Shown here: positions 19,014 through 28,167 of the stretch, one piece after another | Layout of the letters: every line of letters begins with the position of its first letter | How positions within the stretch are numbered: position 1 is the stretch's first letter | Assembly: GCA_964291295.2 (NCBI GenBank) | Contig: OZ219754.1 | Location: 3,200,001 to 3,264,000, forward strand | DNA length: 64,000 nucleotides | Source: an uncultured Candidatus Binatia bacterium | Lineage (GTDB): Bacteria; Desulfobacterota; Binatia; UBA9968; JAJDTQ01 | Direction of reading: 5' to 3' | Notes under the pieces: generated by a model | Seen by the model: the letters and a program-made list of their open reading frames with translations, nothing else | Told to the model about the DNA's origin: nothing | Databases searched by the model: none | Position numbers and translations under genes: made by a program

Positions 19014-19871
19014 ATGAGTCTGACCACAAGACCGCTTTCCCCCGCCCTGGGCGTGGAGATCCTGGGACTGGACGTGAGCGCGCCGCTGGACGCAACCGTC
19101 CGGGACGAGATCCTCGCCGAGTTCTATCGTCACGTGGCACTGCTCTTCCGCGGTCAGAACCTGACCGTGGAGCAGCAGAACCGCTTCACCACCACCTTCG
19201 GCGACATCGGCAAGCGCACGGTGGGCCCGCGGCTGCGAAAGTCCGCCGGCGACATCTACACGACGCCGGTGATGGTGGTGAGCAACATCAGGGAGAACGG
19301 CAAGCCGCTGGAAGGGGCCTCGGCCAACGGCGACAAGGAGATGGGCTTCCACCAGGACACCGCCTTTCACGAGGTGCCCGACCATGTCACCATCCTCTAC
19401 GGCATCGAGGTGTCGGCCCACGGCGGCCATACCATCGTGTCCAACCAGTACGCCGCCTACGACCACGTCCCGGCGAACCTCCGGACCAGGCTGGAAGGCT
19501 GCAAGGTGCTGCAGGTCTACGACTACCAGCGCCACACCGTGGATGCCGGCGTGGATCTGAGCGGCGCCCGCTACCACGTGCAGCCCATCTTCATCACGCA
19601 CCCGGTGACGGGCCGGCGGGCGCTCTACGTGAACCGGATGATGTCGGTCCGCATCGAGGGCATGGAGCGGGCGGAGAGCGACGCCATTCTTGACGAACTC
19701 TTCGAAATCGCCGAGGATCCGGCCTTCCGATACGAGCACACCTGGGAGGCGGGAGACCTGCTGATGTGGGACAACTTCTGCTCCATCCACGCCCGCACCT
19801 TCTATCCGGAGAACGAGCGCCGGCTGCTGCGGCGCACCACCGTGGCGGGCACCGGACGGCTGCAGGCGTGA
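19014..19871 (+). CDS. TauD/TfdA family 2OG-Fe(II) dioxygenase
   Basis: LSPALGVEILG, FHQD, HPVTGR, MWDNFCSIHAR, RLLRRTT. Confidence 0.93.
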   Translation: MSLTTRPLSPALGVEILGLDVSAPLDATVRDEILAEFYRHVALLFRGQNLTVEQQNRFTTTFGDIGKRTVGPRLRKSAGDIYTTPVMVVSNIRENGKPLEGASANGDKEMGFHQDTAFHEVPDHVTILYGIEVSAHGGHTIVSNQYAAYDHVPANLRTRLEGCKVLQVYDYQRHTVDAGVDLSGARYHVQPIFITHPVTGRRALYVNRMMSVRIEGMERAESDAILDELFEIAEDPAFRYEHTWEAGDLLMWDNFCSIHARTFYPENERRLLRRTTVAGTGRLQA

Positions 19872-19880
19872 CGGAACCGG

Positions 19881-20279
19881 TCAGATCCCTCCCGTCTTGA
19901 CCTCGATCCGGTTGCCGTCGGGATCGAGGACATACTGTGAGTCGCTGCGTCCGGTGGCGCCGGTGCGGGGTACCACGCCGCCTTCGAGCCTGACATCCAT
20001 GGCCTTCATGCGGTGGAGGATGGCCCGAAACTCGGGGTCCGTGAAGGTCAGGCAGAAATGATCCACGCCGCCGTGCTCTTCCGCGCCATGGGCCTGGAAC
20101 GAAGCCGCGTGCAACAGGAAGAGGATGCTCCCGCCCACCTGCATGGCGGCCGCCTCCACATTGCTCTTGCCAAGCATGCGGCGGTCCACCATCTCGAAGC
20201 CGAAGAGGTCGCCGTAGAACCGGATGGAACGGTCAAGGTCGGTGACCTTGATCCCGACGTGGTCGAGCAGCGGCATCAC
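19881..20279 (-). CDS. VOC/glyoxalase family protein
   Basis: [33 protein letters not shown]. Confidence 0.92.
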   Translation of the reverse strand: MMPLLDHVGIKVTDLDRSIRFYGDLFGFEMVDRRMLGKSNVEAAAMQVGGSILFLLHAASFQAHGAEEHGGVDHFCLTFTDPEFRAILHRMKAMDVRLEGGVVPRTGATGRSDSQYVLDPDGNRIEVKTGGI

Positions 20280-20427
20280 GCACCTCCTTTTCGAATACCT
20301 CCTCTATACCCTGAACGAGGGGCGCAGGGTATACGGCTTCATGAGACGCGCGGGATCAGGTAGACTGGCCGGGAATCCTTGGACATCCCGGAATACCTGG
20401 AAATCCCGGTTCGACCCCTTCGACTTC

Positions 20428-22773
20428 ATGAGCAGGACGGAAAAGACCGACGGCACCGGCGGGGGCGAGCCCGCACTCGACTTCATCCGCACCATCGTAC
20501 GGGACGACCTGGCGAGCGGGAAGCACCCTGGCGGGGTGGTGACGCGCTTTCCGCCGGAACCCAACGGTTTTCTCCACATCGGCCACGCCAAGTCCATCTG
20601 CCTCAACTTCGGCATCGCCCGGGAGTTCGGCGGACGCTGCAACCTGCGCTTCGACGACACCGACCCGGCCAAGGAGGACACGCGCTTCGTCGAGGCCATC
20701 AAGGACAACATCCGCTGGCTGGGCTTCGACTGGGGCGAGGGGTTGTACAACGCATCCGACTATTTCGATGAGCTGTACCGCTTCGCCGTCCAGCTCATCG
20801 AACGCGGCCGCGCCTACGTGTGCAGCCTCAGCGAGGCGGAGATCCGCGCCACCCGGGGCACGTTGACGGAGGCGGGGCGCGAGAGCCCCCACCGGGACCG
20901 CGGGGTGGACGAGAATCTCGAACTCTTCACCCGCATGCGCCAGGGCGAGTTCCCGGACGGCGCCCACGTGCTGCGCGCCCGGATCGACATGGCCGCGCCG
21001 AACATGAAGATGCGCGATCCGGTGATCTACCGCATACGCCATGTCACCCACCACCACACCGGCGACAGCTGGCCCATCTATCCCATGTACGACTTCGCCC
21101 ATCCCCTGTCGGACGCGCTGGAAGGGGTCACCCACTCCCTCTGCACCCTGGAGTTCGAGAACAACCGCGAGTTCTACGACTGGGTTCTCGCACAGGTGGA
21201 CGCCCCCTCCACCCCGCGGCAGATCGAGTTCGCCCGGCTGAATCTCGACTACACCGTGATGAGCAAGCGCCGGCTGCTGGAACTGGTGGAGGAGAGGCGC
21301 GTGGCGGGTTGGGACGACCCGCGCATGCCCACCCTGGCCGGGCTGAGGCGGCGCGGCTGCACGCCCGAGGCCGTCCGCAACTTCTGCCACAGCGTGGGCA
21401 TCGCCAGGAACGACAACACGGTGTCGATGGGCCAGCTCGAACACTTCATCCGCGACGATCTCAACCGGAAGGCGCCCCGGGTGCTGGCAGTGGAGCGGCC
21501 GCTCAAGGTGGTCCTCACCAACTACCCGGAGGATCGAGTCGAGGAACTGGAGGCGCCCTGCTACCCCCACGACGTGGCCAGGGAAGGATCCCGCACCCTT
21601 CCCTTCTCCCGCGAACTTTACATCGACCGGAACGACTTTCTCGAAGCGCCTCCCGAGGGCTGGCACCGGCTGGCACCGGGTCGCGAGGTGCGGCTGCGCT
21701 ACGCCTACGTCATCCGCTGCGGCGAGGTGGTGAAAGATCCGGCCACCGGCGCGGTGCAAGAGTTGCGCTGCTCCCATGACCCGGAGACGCGGAGCGGTTC
21801 GGGCAAAGGCGGCAGGAAGGTCCCGGGGACCATCCAGTGGGTTTCCACCGGCCACGCCCTGAAGGCCGAACTCCGTCTCTACGACCGGCTCTTCTCCGTG
21901 CCCGATCCCCAGGGCGACCCGGGCCGCGACTACCGGGAGTTCCTGAACCCCGCGTCCCTGGAAACCGTCCAGGGTCTGGTGGAGCCGAGCCTCGGCACCG
22001 CCCGGCCGGGCGACCGCTACCAGTTCGAGCGGCTGGGCTACTTCTGCGTGGATCCGGACACGGCCGCGAATGCGCCGGTGTTCAACCGCATCGTGACGCT
22101 CCGGGACTCATGGCTCAAGATCGTGCGGCGGGGCGACCACGGCGGCGGCCGAACCCGGCGTTCACGGAAGGCACCGGCCGACCCGGGGAGCGCGTCCAGG
22201 GCTCCACGCGAAAACCCGGTGCCGGTGGAGACCGAACTGACGGAGGCCGGGCGCTCGCGCATGACGCGTTACCGCGAGCTCGGACTGCCGGCCGGCGACG
22301 CGTGGTTGCTGGCCGCGGAGGACGGCCCGGCCGCGTTCTTCGAAGAGGCCCTTCGCGTCCATCCCAACCCCAGGGCCGTGGCCAACTGGATCATCCACGA
22401 ATTGCGCCCGGTGCTGAAGGACCGACCGCCGCGGTTGACCCCGGCGGCCCTCGCCGAACTGGTGGCGCTCATCGACGACCAGACCCTTTCCGGAAAGGGC
22501 GCCAAACAGGTCTTCGCCGCACTGCTGAAAGAGGGCGGAAGCCCGGCCGCCCTGGTGGAGCGGCTGGGGCTACGGCAGGTGGTGGATGCGGGGCAACTCG
22601 AACCGGTCGTCGACGCCGTCCTCGCCGCCAACCCGGACAACGTCGCCCGCTATCGCGGCGGCAAGACCAATCTGCTCGGGTTCTTCGTCGGTCAGGTGAT
22701 GCAGTCCACTGGAGGCAAGGCCAGCCCGCGGCTCGTCAACGAGATGCTGCGGGCGAAACTGGGGAATGGCTGA
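20428..22773 (+). CDS. glnS: Glutamine--tRNA ligase with C-terminal YqeY domain
   Basis: [26 protein letters not shown]; tail ANWI...GFFVGQVM...GKA. Confidence 0.96.
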   Translation: MSRTEKTDGTGGGEPALDFIRTIVRDDLASGKHPGGVVTRFPPEPNGFLHIGHAKSICLNFGIAREFGGRCNLRFDDTDPAKEDTRFVEAIKDNIRWLGFDWGEGLYNASDYFDELYRFAVQLIERGRAYVCSLSEAEIRATRGTLTEAGRESPHRDRGVDENLELFTRMRQGEFPDGAHVLRARIDMAAPNMKMRDPVIYRIRHVTHHHTGDSWPIYPMYDFAHPLSDALEGVTHSLCTLEFENNREFYDWVLAQVDAPSTPRQIEFARLNLDYTVMSKRRLLELVEERRVAGWDDPRMPTLAGLRRRGCTPEAVRNFCHSVGIARNDNTVSMGQLEHFIRDDLNRKAPRVLAVERPLKVVLTNYPEDRVEELEAPCYPHDVAREGSRTLPFSRELYIDRNDFLEAPPEGWHRLAPGREVRLRYAYVIRCGEVVKDPATGAVQELRCSHDPETRSGSGKGGRKVPGTIQWVSTGHALKAELRLYDRLFSVPDPQGDPGRDYREFLNPASLETVQGLVEPSLGTARPGDRYQFERLGYFCVDPDTAANAPVFNRIVTLRDSWLKIVRRGDHGGGRTRRSRKAPADPGSASRAPRENPVPVETELTEAGRSRMTRYRELGLPAGDAWLLAAEDGPAAFFEEALRVHPNPRAVANWIIHELRPVLKDRPPRLTPAALAELVALIDDQTLSGKGAKQVFAALLKEGGSPAALVERLGLRQVVDAGQLEPVVDAVLAANPDNVARYRGGKTNLLGFFVGQVMQSTGGKASPRLVNEMLRAKLGNG

Positions 22774-22896
22774 AGGTTGCGAGCCGATCCCTGTCGTGTC
22801 ATCGCCTTGTCCGGACCTTCCCTGGCATGATCGCCAACAACGGCGCCGGCGGCGAGCATGGCAAAGGTTGCCGGAAGGCACGCGACAGGCAGGGGG

Positions 22897-23439
22897 CTAC
22901 CCGCTCTTGCCCAGCGTCACCAGCAGGCTCGCCAGATCGTCGGCGTGCTCCTCTTCCATCTTGAGGATGTCCTCGATGATCCGGCGGGTGGTGGGGTCGT
23001 CGTTGGCGAGCCAGCGGATGATCTCGGAATAGGTCTCGATGGCCACGCGCTCGGCCACCAGGTCTTCCTCGATCATCGCCTCCAGGGTGTCGCCTTCACG
23101 GTAGTCGGCGTGGGACCGGGTCGCCAGCCCCTCGGGACTGAAATTCGGCGAGCCGCCGAGTTGGGTGATGCGCTGGGCCACCCAGTCCGCGTGCATCTGC
23201 TCCTCGTTGGCATGCTGGAGAAACTCGGCCGCCACCGGCCCGGCGTTGATGCCGCTGGCCATGAAGTAGTGGTTCCGGTAGCGCAGGATGCACACGATCT
23301 CGGTGGCCAGCACCTCGTTCAGCACCGATAGCACCTGCTCCCGGTCGGCCAGATAGGCGCCGGTGATGGCACCCTGTGCCATCTTCTCGCGAGCCCGTTT
23401 CCGGATCGCCTCAAGGTCCGTCCTGAAGGGTTCTTTCAT
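22897..23439 (-). CDS. Ferritin-like (bacterioferritin-type) protein
   Basis: LATEIVC, EEQMHAD, EDLVAERVAI, EEEHAD diiron motifs. Confidence 0.92.
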   Translation of the reverse strand: MKEPFRTDLEAIRKRAREKMAQGAITGAYLADREQVLSVLNEVLATEIVCILRYRNHYFMASGINAGPVAAEFLQHANEEQMHADWVAQRITQLGGSPNFSPEGLATRSHADYREGDTLEAMIEEDLVAERVAIETYSEIIRWLANDDPTTRRIIEDILKMEEEHADDLASLLVTLGKSG

Positions 23440-23460
23440 GGTTCGATCCTCCTGCCACCC

Positions 23461-23501
23461 TTATCACGTCAGGGAGTTATCACGTCAGGGAACGTTGTCA
23501 A
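23461..23501 (-). promoter_or_regulatory. Promoter region of the ferritin-like gene with a 15-bp direct repeat
   Basis: TTGACA at 23501-23496 (minus); TTATCACGTCAGGGA at 23461 and 23477. Confidence 0.5.
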
Positions 23502-23620
23502 GCAATACGACCGGGAACAACTTTCTTGCGGCGCCCGGCGGCGGGCGGCCGTGCCGTCCCGTCGGCGCCTCCGTGAGGCCGGCGACGGATGGGCGTCACG
23601 CATCGGGGCATGCCCGACGC

Positions 23621-24196
23621 TCAGGCCGCGGTCCATCCCAGCCGCTCATCGCGGCGGCGCAGCCAGGCGATGAAGGGCAGGGCAAGCACCACCATCCAGG
23701 CCTTTCCGAGGACCTGTCCCAGCAGGAAATCGAGGCTCCCGAACGCCAGATGGAGGAACAGGATGCTGTCGACGACGAGGCCGACGATGCTGCTGGCGAA
23801 GACCGCCAGCACCAGGCCCCGCCGCTGCAAAGGCGTGTAGACGGCCAGATCCGCGCTTTCCGAGAACAGGTAGGCCGCGCCGGACGCCACCACCAGGGCC
23901 GGCGGCGCGAAGAATGCGGACAACCCCGCGCCGGCCACCACCGCAGCCGCCGCCCACCGGACGCCGATGCGGCGCTGTACCAGGTCGCGCAGGACGAAGG
24001 CCAGACCGATGGTCACCACCCCGCTCGGCGCCGCCACCCCCGGGGCCACCGGGATCAGGCACGGCGCGGCCGGCGGGCACACCGTGCCCACATTGCCGAT
24101 GAGCCAATTGGAGGCCGGGATGCACAAGCCGAACCCGATCAGAAAAGCGATGCCTTCCCGGCGCCTTCGACGTCCACCGCCGCCATCCTTCGTCAC
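23621..24196 (-). CDS. VUT (YhhQ-like) queuosine-precursor transporter
   Basis: GLAFVLRDLVQRRIG, SESADLAVYTPL, DSILFLHLAFG, GQVLGK. Confidence 0.88.
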   Translation of the reverse strand: MTKDGGGGRRRRREGIAFLIGFGLCIPASNWLIGNVGTVCPPAAPCLIPVAPGVAAPSGVVTIGLAFVLRDLVQRRIGVRWAAAAVVAGAGLSAFFAPPALVVASGAAYLFSESADLAVYTPLQRRGLVLAVFASSIVGLVVDSILFLHLAFGSLDFLLGQVLGKAWMVVLALPFIAWLRRRDERLGWTAA

Positions 24197-24391
24197 GACC
24201 CGCACCTCCCGTTTGCACCATCCCGACTGTTTCGTCCCGCCTGCCGCGCCACCCGACCCGCATGGCCGGCGTGCGTTCCGGATCGCTTCAATTTACCCTT
24301 CGCCCACCCTTCAACCCTTCGCCTTGGATTGAAGACCGAAGCTTCCCGAACTTCCCGGGCGGCAGCGTGCTCCCACCCCCGCGCGGCGCCG

Positions 24392-24498
24392 GGCGGTCGC
24401 CTGTTTCCAGCGACCGCCAGCCATTTCGGCAACTGTCCTCTTGCAGAGCTGCAGGGCTTTCAGCACCTGGGTGCCGGAGCGGTTTCCAGCGACCGCCA
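24392..24498. repeat. 17-bp direct repeat; one copy forms a GAAA-loop hairpin
   Basis: GTTTCCAGCGACCGCCA at 24403 and 24482; minus strand GGCGGTCGCTG-GAAA-CAG-G-CGACCGCC. Confidence 0.6.
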
Positions 24499-24514
24499 AG
24501 CGTCTCGTTCATCC

Positions 24515-24550
24515 GTCAGCAGTCTTCTGTCAGCAGTCTTCTGTCAGCAG
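24515..24550. repeat. 14-bp tandem repeat (about 2.6 copies) at the cmr6 stop
   Basis: GTCAGCAGTCTTCT x2 plus GTCAGCAG. Confidence 0.8.
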
Positions 24551-25740
24551 CCGCCCTCGCGCCGAGTCTGTTCCGCCAGCCAATCCTTGACGAGCCGGGT
24601 GCGTTGATAGTTCCTGTCCTTGGCCGGATTCTTGGCGCCGCTCTTTTCCTTCCACTGCTTCTCGGCTCTCATCCGGTGTTCAAGCCATCTCGCGGCCTCG
24701 GTTCGCTCGGAGCCGCTCCAGCGTCCCTCGTTGATACTCCGGATGATGGTGGTCACGGCCGGCTCCTTCTTGTCCGGACGCTCTTCGAGAATCTTTTCGA
24801 TCTCACGGTGGACCGGCGGCATCGCCGCCAGCCTTGCCGCTTGCTCCTCTGCCTCCCGCTGTTTCCGGGTTCGCTCCTGTTGCTCGCGTTCCCGGTCTTG
24901 CAGCCGCCGCTTCAGATCGTTGGTCTTTGCGTCATCCCTCTGAAAACGCCCATAGCCCACCGCGGTCTTCGCACCGCTTCCGCACCAGGCGAGTGCCAGG
25001 CAAAGCCACGCCATCACGTCATCCAGATCCTCGCCCGCGACGGCGCCACGCGGAACGATGCCGAAGAGAAGCGCCGTTCCGGAGGCAGTAACCAGGAAGG
25101 GCACCGGTACCGGAGAACGCCAGTCACCGGGCGGCTCCTGCTCGGTCCAGCCGGCATGGTGGGGCGTCATCACATCCGATTCGAGTTGTACCGGCGCGAC
25201 CGGAACGGCATCCAGAAAGCTGATCCCACCCGCACTCCCGGGGCCACCGAGCAGACGCTTGACCACGCCGGAAGGGACCGGTGGATCGGCGTCCCGCTTC
25301 GTCCAGGCCCGCACCATTCCCTTGATCGAACTGCCGGGCAGGCAGGGCGTTCCCAATGTCGGATGCCAGGCAAAGCCGTTCTCGACGGGATGGCTGCGGC
25401 CAAGCCCGGTCACGAAGCGCGACTCCGAGGTGAACACCGCGAACCGGCCCCCGCGCCTTTCGATCAGCGTCACCATGCGCGATGCGAACTCGCCGATCTG
25501 CGGTTCCGCACCGATCCTGCTGTCCGTGACGGTATCGATCCATGCGAGCTTGGGGCTTCTGTTGCGGCCGTCCTCCCTGCGCTTCGAGGGACCTTCGTCG
25601 TGGTCCGTCCTGCTCCCCATGCTCCATGAGGAACCCTGGACGTTCCACTGGTTGCAGAACTTGTCGAACCAAAGCCCGGCATGGCCGCCGGGCGGTCGCT
25701 TTTCGGGCTTGCGCGCAGCGCCGGCGTAGAGCGGTCGCAT
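24544..25740 (-). CDS. cmr6: Type III-B CRISPR RAMP Cmr6
   Basis: LWFDKF, LPGSSIKG, FLDAVP, DVMTPH, GSGAKTAVGYGRF; TGATG coupling to cmr5. Confidence 0.95.
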   Translation of the reverse strand: MRPLYAGAARKPEKRPPGGHAGLWFDKFCNQWNVQGSSWSMGSRTDHDEGPSKRREDGRNRSPKLAWIDTVTDSRIGAEPQIGEFASRMVTLIERRGGRFAVFTSESRFVTGLGRSHPVENGFAWHPTLGTPCLPGSSIKGMVRAWTKRDADPPVPSGVVKRLLGGPGSAGGISFLDAVPVAPVQLESDVMTPHHAGWTEQEPPGDWRSPVPVPFLVTASGTALLFGIVPRGAVAGEDLDDVMAWLCLALAWCGSGAKTAVGYGRFQRDDAKTNDLKRRLQDREREQQERTRKQREAEEQAARLAAMPPVHREIEKILEERPDKKEPAVTTIIRSINEGRWSGSERTEAARWLEHRMRAEKQWKEKSGAKNPAKDRNYQRTRLVKDWLAEQTRREGGC

Positions 25741-26150
25741 CACTCGTCCTCTCCTTCGCCCTTGGGGAAGGACGCCCGGCAGCACTTCTTGTGCCACTCG
25801 AGCCAGGCCAGCGCCTCGATCTGGGCGCGCAGATAGAATGTCTCGTCATGCTCCGCCATGGCACGCAGAAGGTCACCGCCCGACGGATACACGCCTTTCC
25901 CGTCGCGACAGAGCCATTGGTTCAGGCTCTGGTAGAGCTCGTGATGCGCCTTCTCGTCTTCCTTCTTCGGCTTCGCGCCGGCGGCGGCGCGTTCGGTGGC
26001 CAGCGCCTGCCCGAGACCGTTCATGACAATGGCCGGTCCCAGACGGTCCACATAGGCGCGATACCTTGTCTTGAAGCCGGCAGACTCGTTGCCAAGCGCG
26101 TCCACACGTTTCAGAGCGTTCGCGGCCCGGTCCTGCTCGATGGTCCTCAC
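25740..26150 (-). CDS. cmr5: Type III-B small subunit Cmr5
   Basis: MRTIEQDRA, IVMNGLGQALA, EALAWLEWHKK; GTGA coupling. Confidence 0.93.
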   Translation of the reverse strand: MRTIEQDRAANALKRVDALGNESAGFKTRYRAYVDRLGPAIVMNGLGQALATERAAAGAKPKKEDEKAHHELYQSLNQWLCRDGKGVYPSGGDLLRAMAEHDETFYLRAQIEALAWLEWHKKCCRASFPKGEGEDE

Positions 26151-26980
26151 CGCACCGCCTCCGTCTCCGCGTCGGACCTGTGGACGGTGACGGCGAACCA
26201 CCCCTGCCCCACCGTCTCGTTGCCGCCAGCGTGCAGGTATCGATCTTCTTCGGGAAAGAGCACGTCGAGCGAGGCCAGCGCCCGGTCGCCGCGACCCGCC
26301 ACCAGGGCGTACATGAGCGTGTCCGGGGGCAGTGTCTCTTCGTACCAGAGGTTCGTGCTCGTCTTCGTCTTGGCCTCCAGGACGTTGCGCGCCTGGATGG
26401 AGAGGCCGTATCGGGCGAACCAGACAAAATCGTCGTCGTGAAGGACGGCAAGCTGGCCGGGCAGACGATCGCGTGTCTCTTCGTGGAGAAGGAGAGGCTG
26501 CACGGCTTTCACCAGATCGTCCGGCACCTCGCCATCAATGATGAACTGACGTTCTTCCAGGAACAGTTGGTCACCGACGGTGGTGCCGGTGGTCAGCACC
26601 GAACCGCACTTCACTTCCGGGACTTTCGGGCGAAGCGGCAATCCGGCCCTTGCGAGGTCTCGACCCAAGCGCTCGACAAGGTGCGGGCAAGTAGCCCAAC
26701 GGTACGAGCCGGTGAGGCTGCGCACGGGAAGCAGAAGCAGCCGGGCATCCGCCACCAACAGGCCGCCGGCCTTGTCCGGCACTCCGAAAAGGGCTTCCCT
26801 CTCTTCCGCCGGCGCCGTCGCCATCTTGTCCTTGAGCGCGCCCTTCAGGCTCGATCCCACCAGCACCGGGTAGTCCGTGGCCGCCTCGCGCGCCACCGGC
26901 AGATCCACCACCCCCATACCGCGTCCGGTTCCGGGGTGGATCGGGGTCTCGGCCAACAGGCCGAGCATGGCTGTATTCAT
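26147..26980 (-). CDS. cmr4: Type III-B Cas7 backbone Cmr4
   Basis: ETPIHPGTG, VVDLPVARE (catalytic Asp), GSSLKGALK, LWYEETLP, GGNETVGQG. Confidence 0.96.
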   Translation of the reverse strand: MNTAMLGLLAETPIHPGTGRGMGVVDLPVAREAATDYPVLVGSSLKGALKDKMATAPAEEREALFGVPDKAGGLLVADARLLLLPVRSLTGSYRWATCPHLVERLGRDLARAGLPLRPKVPEVKCGSVLTTGTTVGDQLFLEERQFIIDGEVPDDLVKAVQPLLLHEETRDRLPGQLAVLHDDDFVWFARYGLSIQARNVLEAKTKTSTNLWYEETLPPDTLMYALVAGRGDRALASLDVLFPEEDRYLHAGGNETVGQGWFAVTVHRSDAETEAVR

Positions 26981-28167
26981 CGATGGTCCTCCTTTGACAC
27001 CGGCCAGACCCCGGGGGCCACGAGGCCGAAGCCCCACTGCTGGCGCAACCCGATGCGGGCCCGTCCGCCCCTCTTCGACACCACCTCCCTGAAGCGCTCC
27101 GGCTCGCCGAGTTCGCAGAAGAGCGTGCTGCCGGGCAACAGTACCGGGCGAAGCGGCAGCGGGCGCCGCTCCAGCGAATTCCAGCCGCCGACCTGCTGCG
27201 GGCGGTCCAGGCAGGCGGAGACGACACGGGCGTTTCCCAAGGCTTCCAGGGGCTGGTTGCCAACGCGGATGTCCCGGGGAAGATCAACGGGCGACAGTGC
27301 CACCAGCGCCACTCGCCGGGTGTCCCCGATCTCGGCCAACGGCGCCTCAAGTGCCAGTTCGGCGTCCCATTCCCGGCACTCTTGCCATTCCCGGCATTCG
27401 GCAAGCCGGCCTTCGCCGCCCAGCGTCAACGGGCTGCCAAAGGGCGGCGTCCATCCGGCTGGCAGTCCGGCAATCCGGACCCCGAGGGAGACGCCGCGGG
27501 CGGGACGGACGTGGCGGGTGCTGTAAAGCATTCCTTCCCTGGCGGTGCGGGTCTCGCCGTCACGCTCCAGCCCGATGCGCGGTTCGTCCGACCAGAGACA
27601 TTGATCCGGCACCAGATCCCCACGATCCGGAAGACGGCCGGCGAGGACCGCGCCAAGCCCTTTCCGCGTAAGCCAGAAGCCATCGCCGGACTTCAGGGCG
27701 AAAGCCGTCGACGACGGAGCGCTGCGGGTGCCGCCAGTCTTGCCTGCATCCAGCGCAGCATCCACCACCTCCGGAAGCCGGACTTCATCGCCGAGGTCGC
27801 AGGCCACTTTTTCGCCGGGGCAGACGAAAGCGCTCGGCCGCCAGTGCGTTCCGTCGGAGACACCAAGGAGATGTCGGGGCAGACGGAACAGCGGCTGGCG
27901 GTCTCGCAGCAGGAACGGACCATCCAGGTACAGGGCGCCCAGGTTCTCGGGGCCGTCGCCGAGCACCTCGCAGAAATCGGCCGGCCACCTTCCGTGACCG
28001 TTCCAGCCGTTGCTCAAGGCCAATGCCGCCCGAAGCGCTCCGGCCACCGTGGGCGGATGGGGAGGGAACAGGCTGCCGACGTTGTCCTGCGGCGTACTGC
28101 CCATGGTGAACGGGGTTCCATCGCGGAAGAACCATGTGTCCACCGGTTGCAGTCGAACACCGATCAC
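26977..28167 (-). CDS. cmr3: Type III-B Cas5 subunit Cmr3
   Basis: PVDTWFFRDGTPF, PPHPPTVAGALR, LGGEGR, GGW, WGFG. Confidence 0.95.
   Translation of the reverse strand: MIGVRLQPVDTWFFRDGTPFTMGSTPQDNVGSLFPPHPPTVAGALRAALALSNGWNGHGRWPADFCEVLGDGPENLGALYLDGPFLLRDRQPLFRLPRHLLGVSDGTHWRPSAFVCPGEKVACDLGDEVRLPEVVDAALDAGKTGGTRSAPSSTAFALKSGDGFWLTRKGLGAVLAGRLPDRGDLVPDQCLWSDEPRIGLERDGETRTAREGMLYSTRHVRPARGVSLGVRIAGLPAGWTPPFGSPLTLGGEGRLAECREWQECREWDAELALEAPLAEIGDTRRVALVALSPVDLPRDIRVGNQPLEALGNARVVSACLDRPQQVGGWNSLERRPLPLRPVLLPGSTLFCELGEPERFREVVSKRGGRARIGLRQQWGFGLVAPGVWPVSKEDHR

Noticed and set aside
22897-23439. Ferritin-like protein as encapsulin cargo
   Set aside because: No LxIGSL-type targeting peptide and no encapsulin gene nearby.
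24200-24300. preQ1 riboswitch upstream of the VUT transporter
   Set aside because: No preQ1 consensus stem-loop or A-rich tail visible.
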